A DNA stretch of 64,000 nt, taken from the NCBI GenBank assembly GCA_030264375.1, contig JASCQW010000190.1, positions 82,045,105-82,109,104 on the forward strand, in the 5' to 3' direction. The notes beneath the pieces are model-generated. The model made no database searches. It was not told the DNA's origin and worked only from the letters and a program-made list of their open reading frames with translations. A program made the translations under genes and the position numbers. This document shows, in pieces, positions 50,150 to 60,122 of the stretch. The stretch comes from Carcharhinus longimanus. Its lineage: Eukaryota. How positions within the stretch are numbered: position 1 is the first letter of the stretch; every line of letters begins with the position of its first letter.

Positions 50150-51344
50150 GTCAGCAATCAGTGATGCCTTCAAGAGTTTTTGCCTATTTCTTGTGGGCCA
50201 GTTTCTCCTGCAAACAGAAGGAGGAAATCTTAACAGCCCCACATAGACTAGCATAACACTTATGCTGGTGGCAGCCCTTTGGCCCATGATGGGACTCACG
50301 AATACCTCCACCATTCATCTGCTGTCAATGAACAAAATGGAGATATCCATGCTGGCTGCCACTGGGATTCCATCATCCATCAGAAGGCATTTTCTAGTGC
50401 ATCATGCCCTTGTCATCATGTAGTTAGTCACGTGTGTTAACTCATGTGTTGCCAAAGACAAGTTTCAAAGAAGAGAACAGTCTGGAGAACTCACCCTGGC
50501 AAAGTGAAGGAGGTCATTGACCCATTCACAACACAACCTTCATGTTTGAGATGGGACTGGGGTGATCCCATGGCTGCTGACCTCCTTTGCAATCATCATC
50601 CTGGCTTACTGAGTCAGATAAGGTGAACTCTTTTTACTCTCTCATGAGAAAATGACCTTCTGCCTTGCTCTTCCAGCTAGGAGGAGAACCTGCAAGGAGG
50701 CATTGCTAAACCTTGTATTCCACCCAGTTTCTTCCCTCCCTCACTTTGGCAGTGGCCTTTTGGTCTGCTCATTGATCACCTGGTTGAGCTCCCAGAATAC
50801 TTTAGACAGCAACAGAGATGAAGGAATTCACAATGAGGCTGTCTGAAGGTCATTGGTACAGCAATTAGATTGAACAAAATACGACTGAATGCAAGGATTG
50901 CAGGACTTAATGGCCTCAACACCTGTCCTTTGATAGCTGACACTGAGATCAGTACTCTGTCCCTGTTTGGGCATTGGACAGGCCCCATGCTTCCTTGTCA
51001 TTGTATGCTGTTTTCTCTAGGGCTTGGTACTGTAGAGCATCTACTTCTGGACCAAGTTGAATAAGCTCCAGTGTAATGCTGTTCTGGAGACCTAGTGGCT
51101 TTATATTCTCACCAACTATATAAAACGTGAAATTTCCCTGTGTGCAGTGGAGGATAGCTACATCCTTGGTGTTGATGGTTCACCCACCATAAGCTATTAG
51201 TCCCACTTGGGTGCTGTATATGGATTTAGTTTCTGAAACATTTGGCTGGACAATATGCTGCACTTTGCTCCACTGTTAATCTTTATCTTGCGTTATTGCA
51301 AATTATGTTGAAGGTCATGAAGATCTCACCCTTTTCTCTGTGCA

Positions 51345-51486
51345 ATCAGCCATGATCGATTGAATGGCAGAGCAGGTTCAACAGGCTGAATGGCCTCCTT
51401 CTGTTTCTCTGTTTCAAAGAACAAAGAACAAAGAACAACACAGCACGGGAAACAGGCCCCTTGGCCCAACGAGCCCATGCTGCCAT
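51345..51486. mobile_element. Two CR1 3' ends tail-to-tail (51345-51415 plus, 51416-51486 minus)
   Basis: ATCAGCCATGATC..GGCTGAATGGCCTCCTTCTGTTTC abuts (AAAGAAC)3..ACAGGCCCCTTGGCCCA. Confidence 0.75.
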
Positions 51487-51739
51487 TTCAACATTGTGGG
51501 TCCCCTCTTCCACCCATGNNNNNNNNNNNNNNNNNNNNNNNNNNNNNNNNNNNNNNNNNNNNNNNNNNNNNNNNNNNNNNNNNNNNNNNNNNNNNNNNNN
51601 NNNNNNNNNNNNNNNNNNGGGAATCCCCAGAAGCTCAAAAGTAAAACAAGTGAGCCAGAAACTATGTTGGAAGGTCCATAGGAATCAATAGTTTCTATGG
51701 TCCTCTCACAATAGGCTATTGTTAGAGGCTCTATGGCTT

Positions 51740-52716
51740 TGCTGCTTTGCTGAGCTCCAATTCATTCACCTCGCCGATGCTCCTACACATGGGGGACCAG
51801 CCAGCTGCCATGTTGCTGATGTGGTTTCGATCTGCAGCCCTTAGCAAAATGATTCCATTTCCTAAATTTGTTGTATCTTTTACCATATTCAAAACAAGCT
51901 GTTCTATTCTGAGGGTGCTGGCCACTGCAGATGGAGCAGGGCACTCCCTGTACTGTGATTACTTCTGTTTCCCGCCTAAAATCTCTGCTTCTTTTTTTCT
52001 GATTGTTTGTTTAACATACAGAGACAAATGGCTGTTTGTAACATTAGATCTTTCTCTTGCTGCAGCTGCTTGTGGACTAAATCGCTGTGAATTCCACAAA
52101 CTATATGATCCCTGATTAGTTCATCAGCGAGAGGTCCAAATGCATGTGTTTTTGCCAATATTTTCAGGGTGGCTGTATAAGATTGTATTGATTCATCTGT
52201 TCTTTGGTTTGTTGAATTGAAAGCATGTCTCTTGAGGGTTATATTTTTTACCAGGAGACATTTCTCAAACTTTTTCAGGATCATTTCAGGGCCCTCTTTT
52301 TCCTTCTCCTTTAGGAAAACTAATGACTCGAATTTTTTGATGGTCTTGTGGCCTGCTAACTTTGAAAGTTGATATCTTTTTTTTGACTTGTCAGACAATG
52401 TAGCACCGCAGTAAATATACAATTCCTTCTTAAGCCTTTCCCAACTATGTGCAACTTTTTCATCTAAGTTGAGTGAGTCAACGTAGCAAAGTCCTTGTGC
52501 CGGAATGCTAACTTCTGACATCAAGTAAATATGTTGGTTCCCAAATCACAGACGAGGACTTATAACAATGAAAAGTTTATTCCTTAGCTTAGCAGCTATT
52601 TCAACATTTGTGCTCTGTCTGTGCTCTCAGGGATAACGCCAGGCTCCCGCCTCATGACCCCTTCTGTAGCTGTGTCCTCATGTTATCATGTGACCACTCA
52701 ATCTACAGTAACAACA
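51740..52716 (-). mobile_element. Ty3/Gypsy fossil (LTR 52524-52716, tRNA-Leu(CAA)-type PBS 52511-52523, gag)
   Basis: LTR starts TGTTG on minus with AATAAA near 52575. PBS TGATGTCAGAAGT resembles TGGTGTCAGAAGT. Followed by gag and a decayed zinc knuckle (..NHFAKGCRS). Confidence 0.85.
51976..52521 (-). pseudogene. gag: Gypsy gag (capsid-like) open reading frame, 181 aa
   Basis: KNITLKRHAFNSTNQRTDESIQSYTATLKILAKT..FG..DELIRDHIVCGI..KQLQQEKDLMLQTAI is a typical Gypsy gag. Confidence 0.85.
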
Positions 52717-53620
52717 GAAAAAGATATGCCAAAGGTATTCTTGAAACCAGCCATATGCTCTTTTTTGCAAGCAAATAGGGACCCTAAAACTCGTTTGAGA
52801 TCCCTATTCCACATTGGATATCCCTGAATGCTGTGCTAGCTGCATTCAGAAAAACATGATCTTACATGTAGACTACCTGGCACCCATTAAAGAAACTACA
52901 AGAGACTTCCATCAAAAAGCTTACTTTTGTTGAAAATATTACCTGAATGTGCTACAAGTGGTGCAGGAGTGATTCGCTTGGTTCCACTGCAATGCCAAAG
53001 GGCAATGCTGGTTCTCATTCCACCCCTCTTGATCACTCCCCCCACCCCACCACCCACCATTCCCCAATTGCTACCCCCCAACTTATATTTGCCTCTTCCC
53101 ATTTGAAGGCCATTGCTGGATTCACAGTGGGACAAAGTCCAATGCTGATTTGCCAGCATCATTTTAATACAGTGCAAGGCTCGACATTGACTGTGCCTGT
53201 GGCAGACTTATTCTGGACAGAAATCATTCTCTGTACCCTGTTCATACTAGCGTGCTAATTTCTGCTCCATATAGCCAGTGGAGAGAAAATGTACTCTTAA
53301 TTGTCTGGGTTGAATTTGAACCAATGCCTCAGACAAAGACGAACAACATTTGGGGAAAGTTTGGTGAATAAACGTGGGCCATCAGGGTGGCTTGGGCACA
53401 AGAAGATGCTATTTTTACCAGCCACCAAGAAAGGCAATTTAGATCTAAAAAAAAATGTTATTTTTTTTCAATTTCCTGCCTATCTTTTCTCTCTGGGAAT
53501 TACTGTTTCTTGGTGAGGTTTGGCTCTTTGGGTACCTGCGTCTCTCCAGCACTTCAATCAAAAAGTTATTTTTCACATATGACCCTGATCAGTGGGTTCA
53601 AGTAGTTATTTAGCTATGAT

Positions 53621-53629
53621 TGTGTGTGT

Positions 53630-53673
<44 letters not shown>

Positions 53674-53692
53674 ATATGTGTGTGTGTGTGTG
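53621..53692. repeat. (TG)n microsatellite, imperfect
   Basis: Seen directly. Confidence 0.95.
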
Positions 53693-53719
53693 CACGTTTG
53701 CAGGGGCAGAAGAATCACA

Positions 53720-53915
53720 ACTGAACTCAAAAATGTCTTCATCTATCACTCATACAGGTATACTTACTTGCAGGAATCACTCTCCAATGATTGGGAGCAA
53801 GAACTCTTACTGAATTACTTGCTCCGTAACTCGAAGGTGGTGGCACAGTTCCTGCCTTATCTGAATTCAGATAACTCAACACAGGCTGGGGATCAATCCT
53901 GGGAGCTACAGATCA
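53720..53915 (-). mobile_element. Old tRNA-derived SINE (recurrent family), 5' part
   Basis: Minus strand CCCAGGATTGATCCCCAGCCTGTGTTGAGTTATCTGA matches the head at 62210-62245. Confidence 0.5.
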
Positions 53916-54039
53916 ATATCCCTCAGCATCCCCATTTCCCCTTAGACCCATTTGAATGTGAGTGCATAACAATCTTCACACAGAGCTGGAATGCTTTTCT
54001 CTTTATTCTTGCGATGTGGGTGATGCTGGCAGATCACTG

Positions 54040-54865
54040 AAAATATGGTGATGGGCTTTCTTCTTCAGCTGCTGTAGTCCTTGTGCTGTCAAAGAAAGTT
54101 TAAATTTATTCATTCATTTATTAATCACAAGTAAGGCTTACATTAATACTGCAATGAAGTTACTGTGAAATTCCCCCTAGTCGCCACACTCCGGTGCCTG
54201 TTTGAGTCAATACACCTAACCAGCACACCTTTCAGACTGTGGGACGAAACAGGAGGATCCGGAGGAAACCCACGCAGATAAGAGGAGAATGTGCAGGCTC
54301 CACACAGACAGAAACCTTGCTGGATTGCTGCATCCTATAGATATATTCCAGCCACAGTGTACCAGTGATGGGGGAGTTGAACTTTGAATCCAGGAAAAAG
54401 GATACCAGTCAAGGAAACTGCCCTGTCTTAGACTCTGTACAGCTGCTTGATTGTAGGCAGGTAAGCAGTTGCCCTGCTGACTTGGAACCTTACAGAAGAT
54501 GGAGAGATTTTGAGGGATCAGGAGTTGAGCANNNNNNNNNNNNNNNNNNNNNNNNNNNNNNNNNNNNNNNNNNNNNNNNNNNNNNNNNNNNNNNNNNNNN
54601 NNNNNNNNNNNNNNNNNNNNNAAAGTAACAGAAAGGCTGATGCCATTGAAAATCCAGATAGATGACTGAACTGTCGCTTGTTCATTATTTGACACTTACA
54701 CAGTGGGAGCGTTTGCTGCCACTTGTCAACCCAAGCCTGGACGTAATCCATGTTCTGCTGTAGGTTGGCATGGGCTGCTTTATCACAGGAGATGCAACTG
54801 AATACTGTGAAAATTGTTAATCCAACGTCAACATCCAATTTCATGACAAAGAGAATGTCATTCCG
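54040..54865 (-). mobile_element. CR1-group LINE family B fragment with nested V-SINE
   Basis: ANLQQNMDYVQAWVDKWQQT; LLIPQNLSIFCKV. Confidence 0.65.
54095..54312 (-). mobile_element. V-SINE type B, 5' truncated
   Basis: TCACAAGTAAGGCTTACATTAATACTGCAATGAAGTTACTGTGAAA..GGAGGAAACCCACGCAGA. Confidence 0.9.
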
Positions 54866-55179
54866 TGCCAGTGTGATGAAGAAAGAGATTGACGTCGCTA
54901 AAGGTTTGTGGGTTACTGGGAGAAATGGGTCAGAACCACCACGGAGAGGCAATCATCATTGGATTTCCATTCTCCTCCTTTTTATTTACCCGGGTCAGGC
55001 ACTGCACATTTTTCACTAATCTGCTGACCTGGGCCTGCTGAGAAATGTGCAGCACAGCAGCTCCGGAGTTCTTCCAGTACAGCACGGTCGTGTCAGGGGA
55101 AAGAAAGCAACAGTCCCTTTTTATAACACAAATGGCCGTACACCAGATAAGTTTAAAAGCTCTGGCCATTTTGAGAAGC

Positions 55180-56057
55180 CAGGGTGAAGCTAAGTGTGTA
55201 AGCTGAGTGGGTGAGTGGTTAGGGTGGTTGTGATGGGGAGGGAATTGGATGGTCAGGGAGTAGTCGGGGGTTTGGCTGGTCAGGGCCTGTGGGGTGGTCA
55301 GGGGAGATGAGGTGGTCGGTAGGGAGACAGGATATTGGGTGGCCGGCTTGTGGGAGTTGGGTGGTCGGGGTCAGGTGCTTTGAGGTAGGGGTGGCCTGGG
55401 TGATGAGAGGGTGTCAACTGATGGAGAGGAGAGGTGTTTGGTGCAGGATCAGAAGGATTGTCATGAGGAGAGTAATCCCGGGGTTGGGGTAGCTAGGGTG
55501 GGGAGAGTAATCAGGGGGCTGGAGAGGGTGGGGGGTAGCTGGAAGATCGGGAGGGAAGTCAGGGGTTTGGGGAATGTAGTCAGGGTGGTCAGGATCAAAG
55601 TAAGGGTTAGTTGGGGTTGTGGAGGACAGTTGGGTGATAGTCAAGAGGGAGTGGGGATGGGGATAATAGTTTGGGTAGGAGGGCCGGGGTAGGGGGGGGT
55701 GGTGGCACTCATGGGACCTGGGCAGGCTAGTTGGGGATTGGGATGTAGTTGTGTGGGATTGGTAGTTGGTGGAGTCAGGGGTAGTCAAGTGGGGGAAAAT
55801 TAGTTGGGGCATTGTTGAGGAGGATAGAAGATGGGGATGAGGGATATTCTGCAGTGTGGGTGGGTGATCAGGGGTGGGGCTGTTGGGCTGGGGGTGCTTA
55901 GTCAGAGGGGTGAGGAAAGTAGTTCGGGGGTGTGGGGTTTATTGGGAATTGGGGAGGGTAGTCATTGGGGTGTGGATGGCCAGGGCCATGTCAATGGTGG
56001 GGGTGGTGGTCGGTGGGGACAGTGGGGGATGTGCAGTGCTGGAGTTGGGGGTGGGTG
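55180..56057 (+). repeat. G-rich low-complexity tract (GGGGT/GGTCAGGG-like units)
   Basis: Strong G-over-C skew with dozens of G3-G7 runs. A similar tract lies at 47140-47470. Confidence 0.8.
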
Positions 56058-56084
56058 ATCGATATCATAGTTGCCCAGAATGTA

Positions 56085-56277
56085 GTAGTGTTTGATGCTT
56101 CTACCGATCACAGTGCACTTGCCAACCAATTAGCATTCTCTTCTGAATCAGTATAAATTGTTCTTTTCTCCTTGTGCTGATATTCTTGTGATGTCCTGAT
56201 GAGTGCAAGACAAAAAGCTTTAACAAGTCTTTTTTTTCCCAGCAATATTCAAGTTCTGTACTACAAACAATGACTAT
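56085..56277 (+). mobile_element. Penelope-like pLTR fragment (third family) with CCAAT/TATA and decayed hammerhead
   Basis: GCCAACCAAT, GTATAAAT, TGTC-CTGATGA-GTGCAAGAC-AAAA-AGCTT, CAGCAATATTCAAGTTCTGTACTAC. Confidence 0.65.
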
Positions 56278-56659
56278 TGATTTTAGTCTTTCCAACTTCT
56301 TTTGGGTAACTATTCTACTAAGAGAATTGGAACCATCCAAAGTCTTGGATTTAAATTGGAATATTCAATTGTGGGGTAATTGCCCATTTGAAGTTTTAAC
56401 TCCCTGGGCATTTCCCACGCAGTACTTTCATGGGGTTTTCAGGGCAGGGAGGAGGGCCCACCAATGAATCTTTTGGGGTCCCTGCCAGGTACAACTCCTC
56501 TGGGGAATGGAAGTGTTTCTCCTTCCATCTCCAATACTTTATTTTCCTTCAACTGCATATGATCACTCCTGAATTGACCCCGTAGAGATTGAGATTCCTC
56601 AAACACGCTTCCTGTATGCATCATTGCTTATCAAAGAGCGTTCTATCTATGTTGAAATT

Positions 56660-56942
56660 GGAATTGACAAAGCTAGTGTGGTACTAAACCACAAAGCACT
56701 CAGCTTCAGTTTCTGGTCTGTGCTTAATTAGCTCATTTCTGATGAAGTATTACAAATAGCCTGAAGGCCCCTGCGCTATGACAGGGACAAAATATTCCCT
56801 GTTCCAATGCTTCTTACACAATAATGCACAAACAGAGTCAGATAGCTTGCCACACCCACTGCTTAGTCTCACATATTAAGAATAGCCACTTGTATAAAAC
56901 TGGACCCAATCTCAGCCTCTTCAGGGAGGAGGTGAGAAATTC
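56660..56942 (+). mobile_element. Old tRNA-derived SINE (recurrent family)
   Basis: GTGTGGTACTAAACCA..TGGTCTGTGCTTAATTAGCT..CTCACATATTAAGAATAGCCACTTG..CTTCAGGGAGGAGGTGAGAAA. Confidence 0.55.
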
Positions 56943-57437
56943 AGGGCGGATTGAAGATTAAGGGCATTGATTGATTAAAGGAGCACAGGAGGCAAAGAAG
57001 CTTTAAGGGTTAACTTACACTCAAAATCTCTCTCACACGGAAAACTGCAGCAGAGGTTGCTAAATGAGCAAGGCTTGTGAGGAATGTAGGCTAGCACTAT
57101 TTACTCAAACCACAAACAGAAGCAGGAGAGCGGAAATACATGGAGTCAGACAAGTGAAAGCCCTTTTCAGGGAGTTCGGTGAAGCGTGCCCGTGGCTTTT
57201 TTCCCTCCTAATGCAGTATCTATTGTTAGGTAATGATGTTCCAGGTGTGGAATTAGCCTTCAGGGGATTTGGGCAGAGTGAAGAAAAGCAAAAGGAAAAC
57301 TGAACCACAGAAACCATCAAACTACTATTTCTGTAAGTGCACATTTAAACCCGACTGAGGGGTGTAACAGTTAGCCTTGTGTTGGACTCAGTTAATTGGG
57401 AACGAAATTGGAAGCTGCAAGACAAGTTCCTGCTGGT

Positions 57438-57570
57438 GTTTATGGGCTAGTTTTACGACCACCAATAAATGAGGCAATTTAGAAAGCAGAAGGTGAATGG
57501 CTATGGGGCTGTTTAAGCACTGATACCTGTCGTTTATAATAGGAGGCCCTGGACGTATAAATAATTGCTT
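57438..57570. promoter_or_regulatory. Candidate enhancer: posterior HOX/CDX motif cluster
   Basis: GTTTATGG (57438), TTTTACGACC (57451) and CCAATAAA (57462) within 33 bp, plus TTTATAA (57533), all in unique sequence. Confidence 0.4.
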
Positions 57571-57635
57571 ACCTTTTTTCCCTGCACCCTCCCCGTTTCT
57601 ATGAGTGTTTTCATTGCAGAGGCTGACTGCGGTTA

Positions 57636-57796
57636 CTGGCACTCTTGTCTCTTGAATCAGAAAGTTTTGGGTTTAAGCCCATATAGGCTTTTAAACACAT
57701 AATCTAGGCTGACATGTGGAGGAAGTGCTGCTTTGTAGAAGGTGTTGTCTTTCAATTGAGATGTTAAATATAGGCATATCTGCTAACTCAGGTGAC
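57636..57796 (+). mobile_element. Deu-type SINE 5' part
   Basis: GCACTCTTGTCTCTTGAATCAGAAAG..GGGTTTAAGCCC..AATCTAGGCTGACA..TGTCTTTCAATTGAGATGTTAAA. Confidence 0.7.
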
Positions 57797-58684
57797 TATT
57801 TAAAGCTGTTTTTATATTGGTGTCAGTGACCCAGTCTCCATCATGCATGTTTTATACTGGATTTCCCTGAGGCCATCTTTAATGAATTTGATAGGTTTAC
57901 TTTGGGGTTACTGCTAGCTGTGCATCAGCACTAAAATTTAAAAGCACTAAAGATGCTATGGCATGGTTCCTTGGCATTCCTCCCTCAGCCACCAGTAAAA
58001 CAGAACAGAAACCATAGTATTGGAAATTACACAGCGAGTATCCACCATCATCAGAAAAGATATAAGGTTCTGTAAACTGTGGGTTGGATTTCCTTTTACA
58101 GTCTTGTCATAGTAATTATGGCAAATATCCGGTTGTGTGTGTAGATTGAGTTTCCACTGAACTTCTACCAAAGTCACTGTGGTGGAGAAGCAGAAACGCT
58201 GAAGAATTTCAACCCCACTTTCTTGGATCTAGAAGGTAAATCCCTTAATAGTGACTAAAATAAAGAAAGTTGAGGTTATAACCAACAGTCATAGGGCTTG
58301 ATTGTTAGATATAGTGGAAATTTGGGTGGGGCACCCAATCTGTTCTGGTGCTAGTGTGGAAGCACTGATCAATTTCAGTGATTAGCCCACAGTTAAGTGA
58401 AACAATTAAGTGCTTCTTTTTGGGGCTTCTTTCTGGGAAGAGTCATCAGATAGTTCTTTTCATGTGCCCAATGAGTAAAACGAACTCAAATTAACTTAGG
58501 GACAAATTAAGAGGGGCAGCCCCCCAAAAAGGAAGGGGGGATNNNNNNNNNNNNNNNNNNNNNNNNNNNNNNNNNNNNNNNNNNNNNNNNNNNNNNNNNN
58601 NNNNNNNNNNNNNNNNNNNNNNNNNNNNNNNNNNNNNNNNNNCAAGAAGGAAATCGAAAAATATTTGTTCAAAAGCAGGATAAT

Positions 58685-58812
58685 CGGCTATGGGGAAAAG
58701 GCAGGGAAGTGGAGTTAGGATGCAATGGACACCAGCCATGATCATATAGAATGGCGGAGCAGGTTCAAAGAGCTGAATGGCCTACTCTCGCTCTTAATTG
58801 CTAAGTTCCTAA
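58685..58812 (+). mobile_element. CR1/HER1 LINE 3' end
   Basis: TATGGGGAAAAGGCAGG..CAGCCATGATCATATAGAATGGCGGAGCAGG..GAATGGCCTACTC. Confidence 0.8.
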
Positions 58813-59079
58813 CCATGCCGCCCCTTATGAGGGGCCAGACGAAGGATCCACATTGGGGTCTAGCTTTGAAACAGCAGTTTTAAAGTGAAGGCAGAGAGGT
58901 CAAAAGGATTCCCTGCTATTATGACAGTATGTTTAATTCTTTGTCTTTTTTTTGCTATTTCTTTTAAGCAGTTAATCCTATTGTTATTGGCTCATTTAAA
59001 GAATAATATCTAATTTTACTTTTATGATTGAAAATCAGTATTTTTAACATATATAAATGAACATAGGTTTTGTTATTTA

Positions 59080-60122
59080 GCATCGTAGAGGTTTACAGCA
59101 TGGAAACAGGCCCTTTGGCCCAACTTGTCCATGCCCCTTTTTTTTTTAAAACCCCTAAACTAATCCCAATTGCTTGCATTTGGCCCATATCCCTCTACAC
59201 CCATTTTGCCCATGTAACTATCTAAATGTTTTTCAAAAGACAAAATTGTACTACTACTACCTCTGGCAAATTGTTCCAAACACTCATCCTCTGAAAAAAT
59301 GATCATCTGGACACTTTTGAATCTCTCGCCTCACCTTAAACCTATGCCCTCTAGTTTTAGATTCCCTTGCATTTGCGAAAAGATATTGACTATCTAGCTG
59401 ATCTGTGCCCCTCATTATTTTATTTTATAGACCTCTATAAGACCGCCTCTCAGCCTCCTACGCACCAGAGAAAAAAGTCCCAATCTGTCCAGCCTCTCGT
59501 TATAACTCAAGCCATCAAGTCCCGGTAGCATCCTAGTAAATCTTTTCTGCACTGTTTCTAGTTTAATAATAATCTTTCTATAATAGGGTGACCAGAACTG
59601 TACACAGTATGCCAAGTGTGGCCTTACCAGTATCTTGTAAAGCTTCAAGATGTCCGAACTCCTGTATTCAATGTCCTGACCAATGAAATCAAGCAAGCTG
59701 AATGCCTTCTTCACCACTTTGTCCACTGTGAATCCACTTTCACGGAGCTATGAACATGTATCCCTAGATCGCTTTGTTCTGTAACTCTCCCCAACGTCCT
59801 ACCATTAACTGAGTAAGTCCTGCCCTGATTCAATCTACCAGAATGCTTCACCTTGCATTTATCTAAATTAAACTCCATTTGCCATTTGTCAGCCCACTGG
59901 CCTAATTGATCAAGATCCAGTTACAATCTGAGATAACCTTCTTCACTGTCCACTATGCCACAAATCTTGGTGTCATCTGCAAAATTACTAACCATGCCTC
60001 CTATATTCTCATCCAAATCATCAATATAAATGAGAAATAACAGTGGACCCAGCACTGATCCCTGAGTCACGCTGCTGGTCATAGGCCTCCAGTTTGAAAA
60101 ATAACTCTAAACAACCACCTTC
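59080..60122 (-). mobile_element. CR1/HER1 LINE, RT to 3' end
   Basis: QGSVLGPLLFLIYIDDLD, NFADDTKI, WADKWQMEFNLDKC, LVRPHLAYCVQFWSPYY..LGLFSL. Confidence 0.93.

Larger units (their letters stand above)
49860..50725 (-). pseudogene. Harbinger Myb/SANT-like ORF2 remnant, two exons
   Basis: Exon 1 RFSNASLQVLL..ARQKVIFS..IAKEVSSHG..VNDLLHFAR, donor GTGAGT at 50494. Acceptor TTTGCAG at 50208, exon 2 EKLAH..LSEE[insertion]AALKLAG. In-frame stops present. Confidence 0.75.
47473..51330. mobile_element. PIF/Harbinger transposon fossil with two convergent genes
   Basis: DDE transposase C-terminus on plus, spliced Myb/SANT gene on minus, TIR-like AAGATCTCACCC at ~51319-51330. Confidence 0.75.

Noticed and set aside
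54992-55052. Bona fide HDV-like ribozyme
   Set aside because: P1, GG and P2 fit, but P3, the conserved L3 G and P4 do not. Kept only as a pseudoknot candidate.
55414-55812. Proline-rich 132-aa ORF and overlapping Gly/Val-rich ORFs
   Set aside because: Artefacts of the G-rich low-complexity tract.
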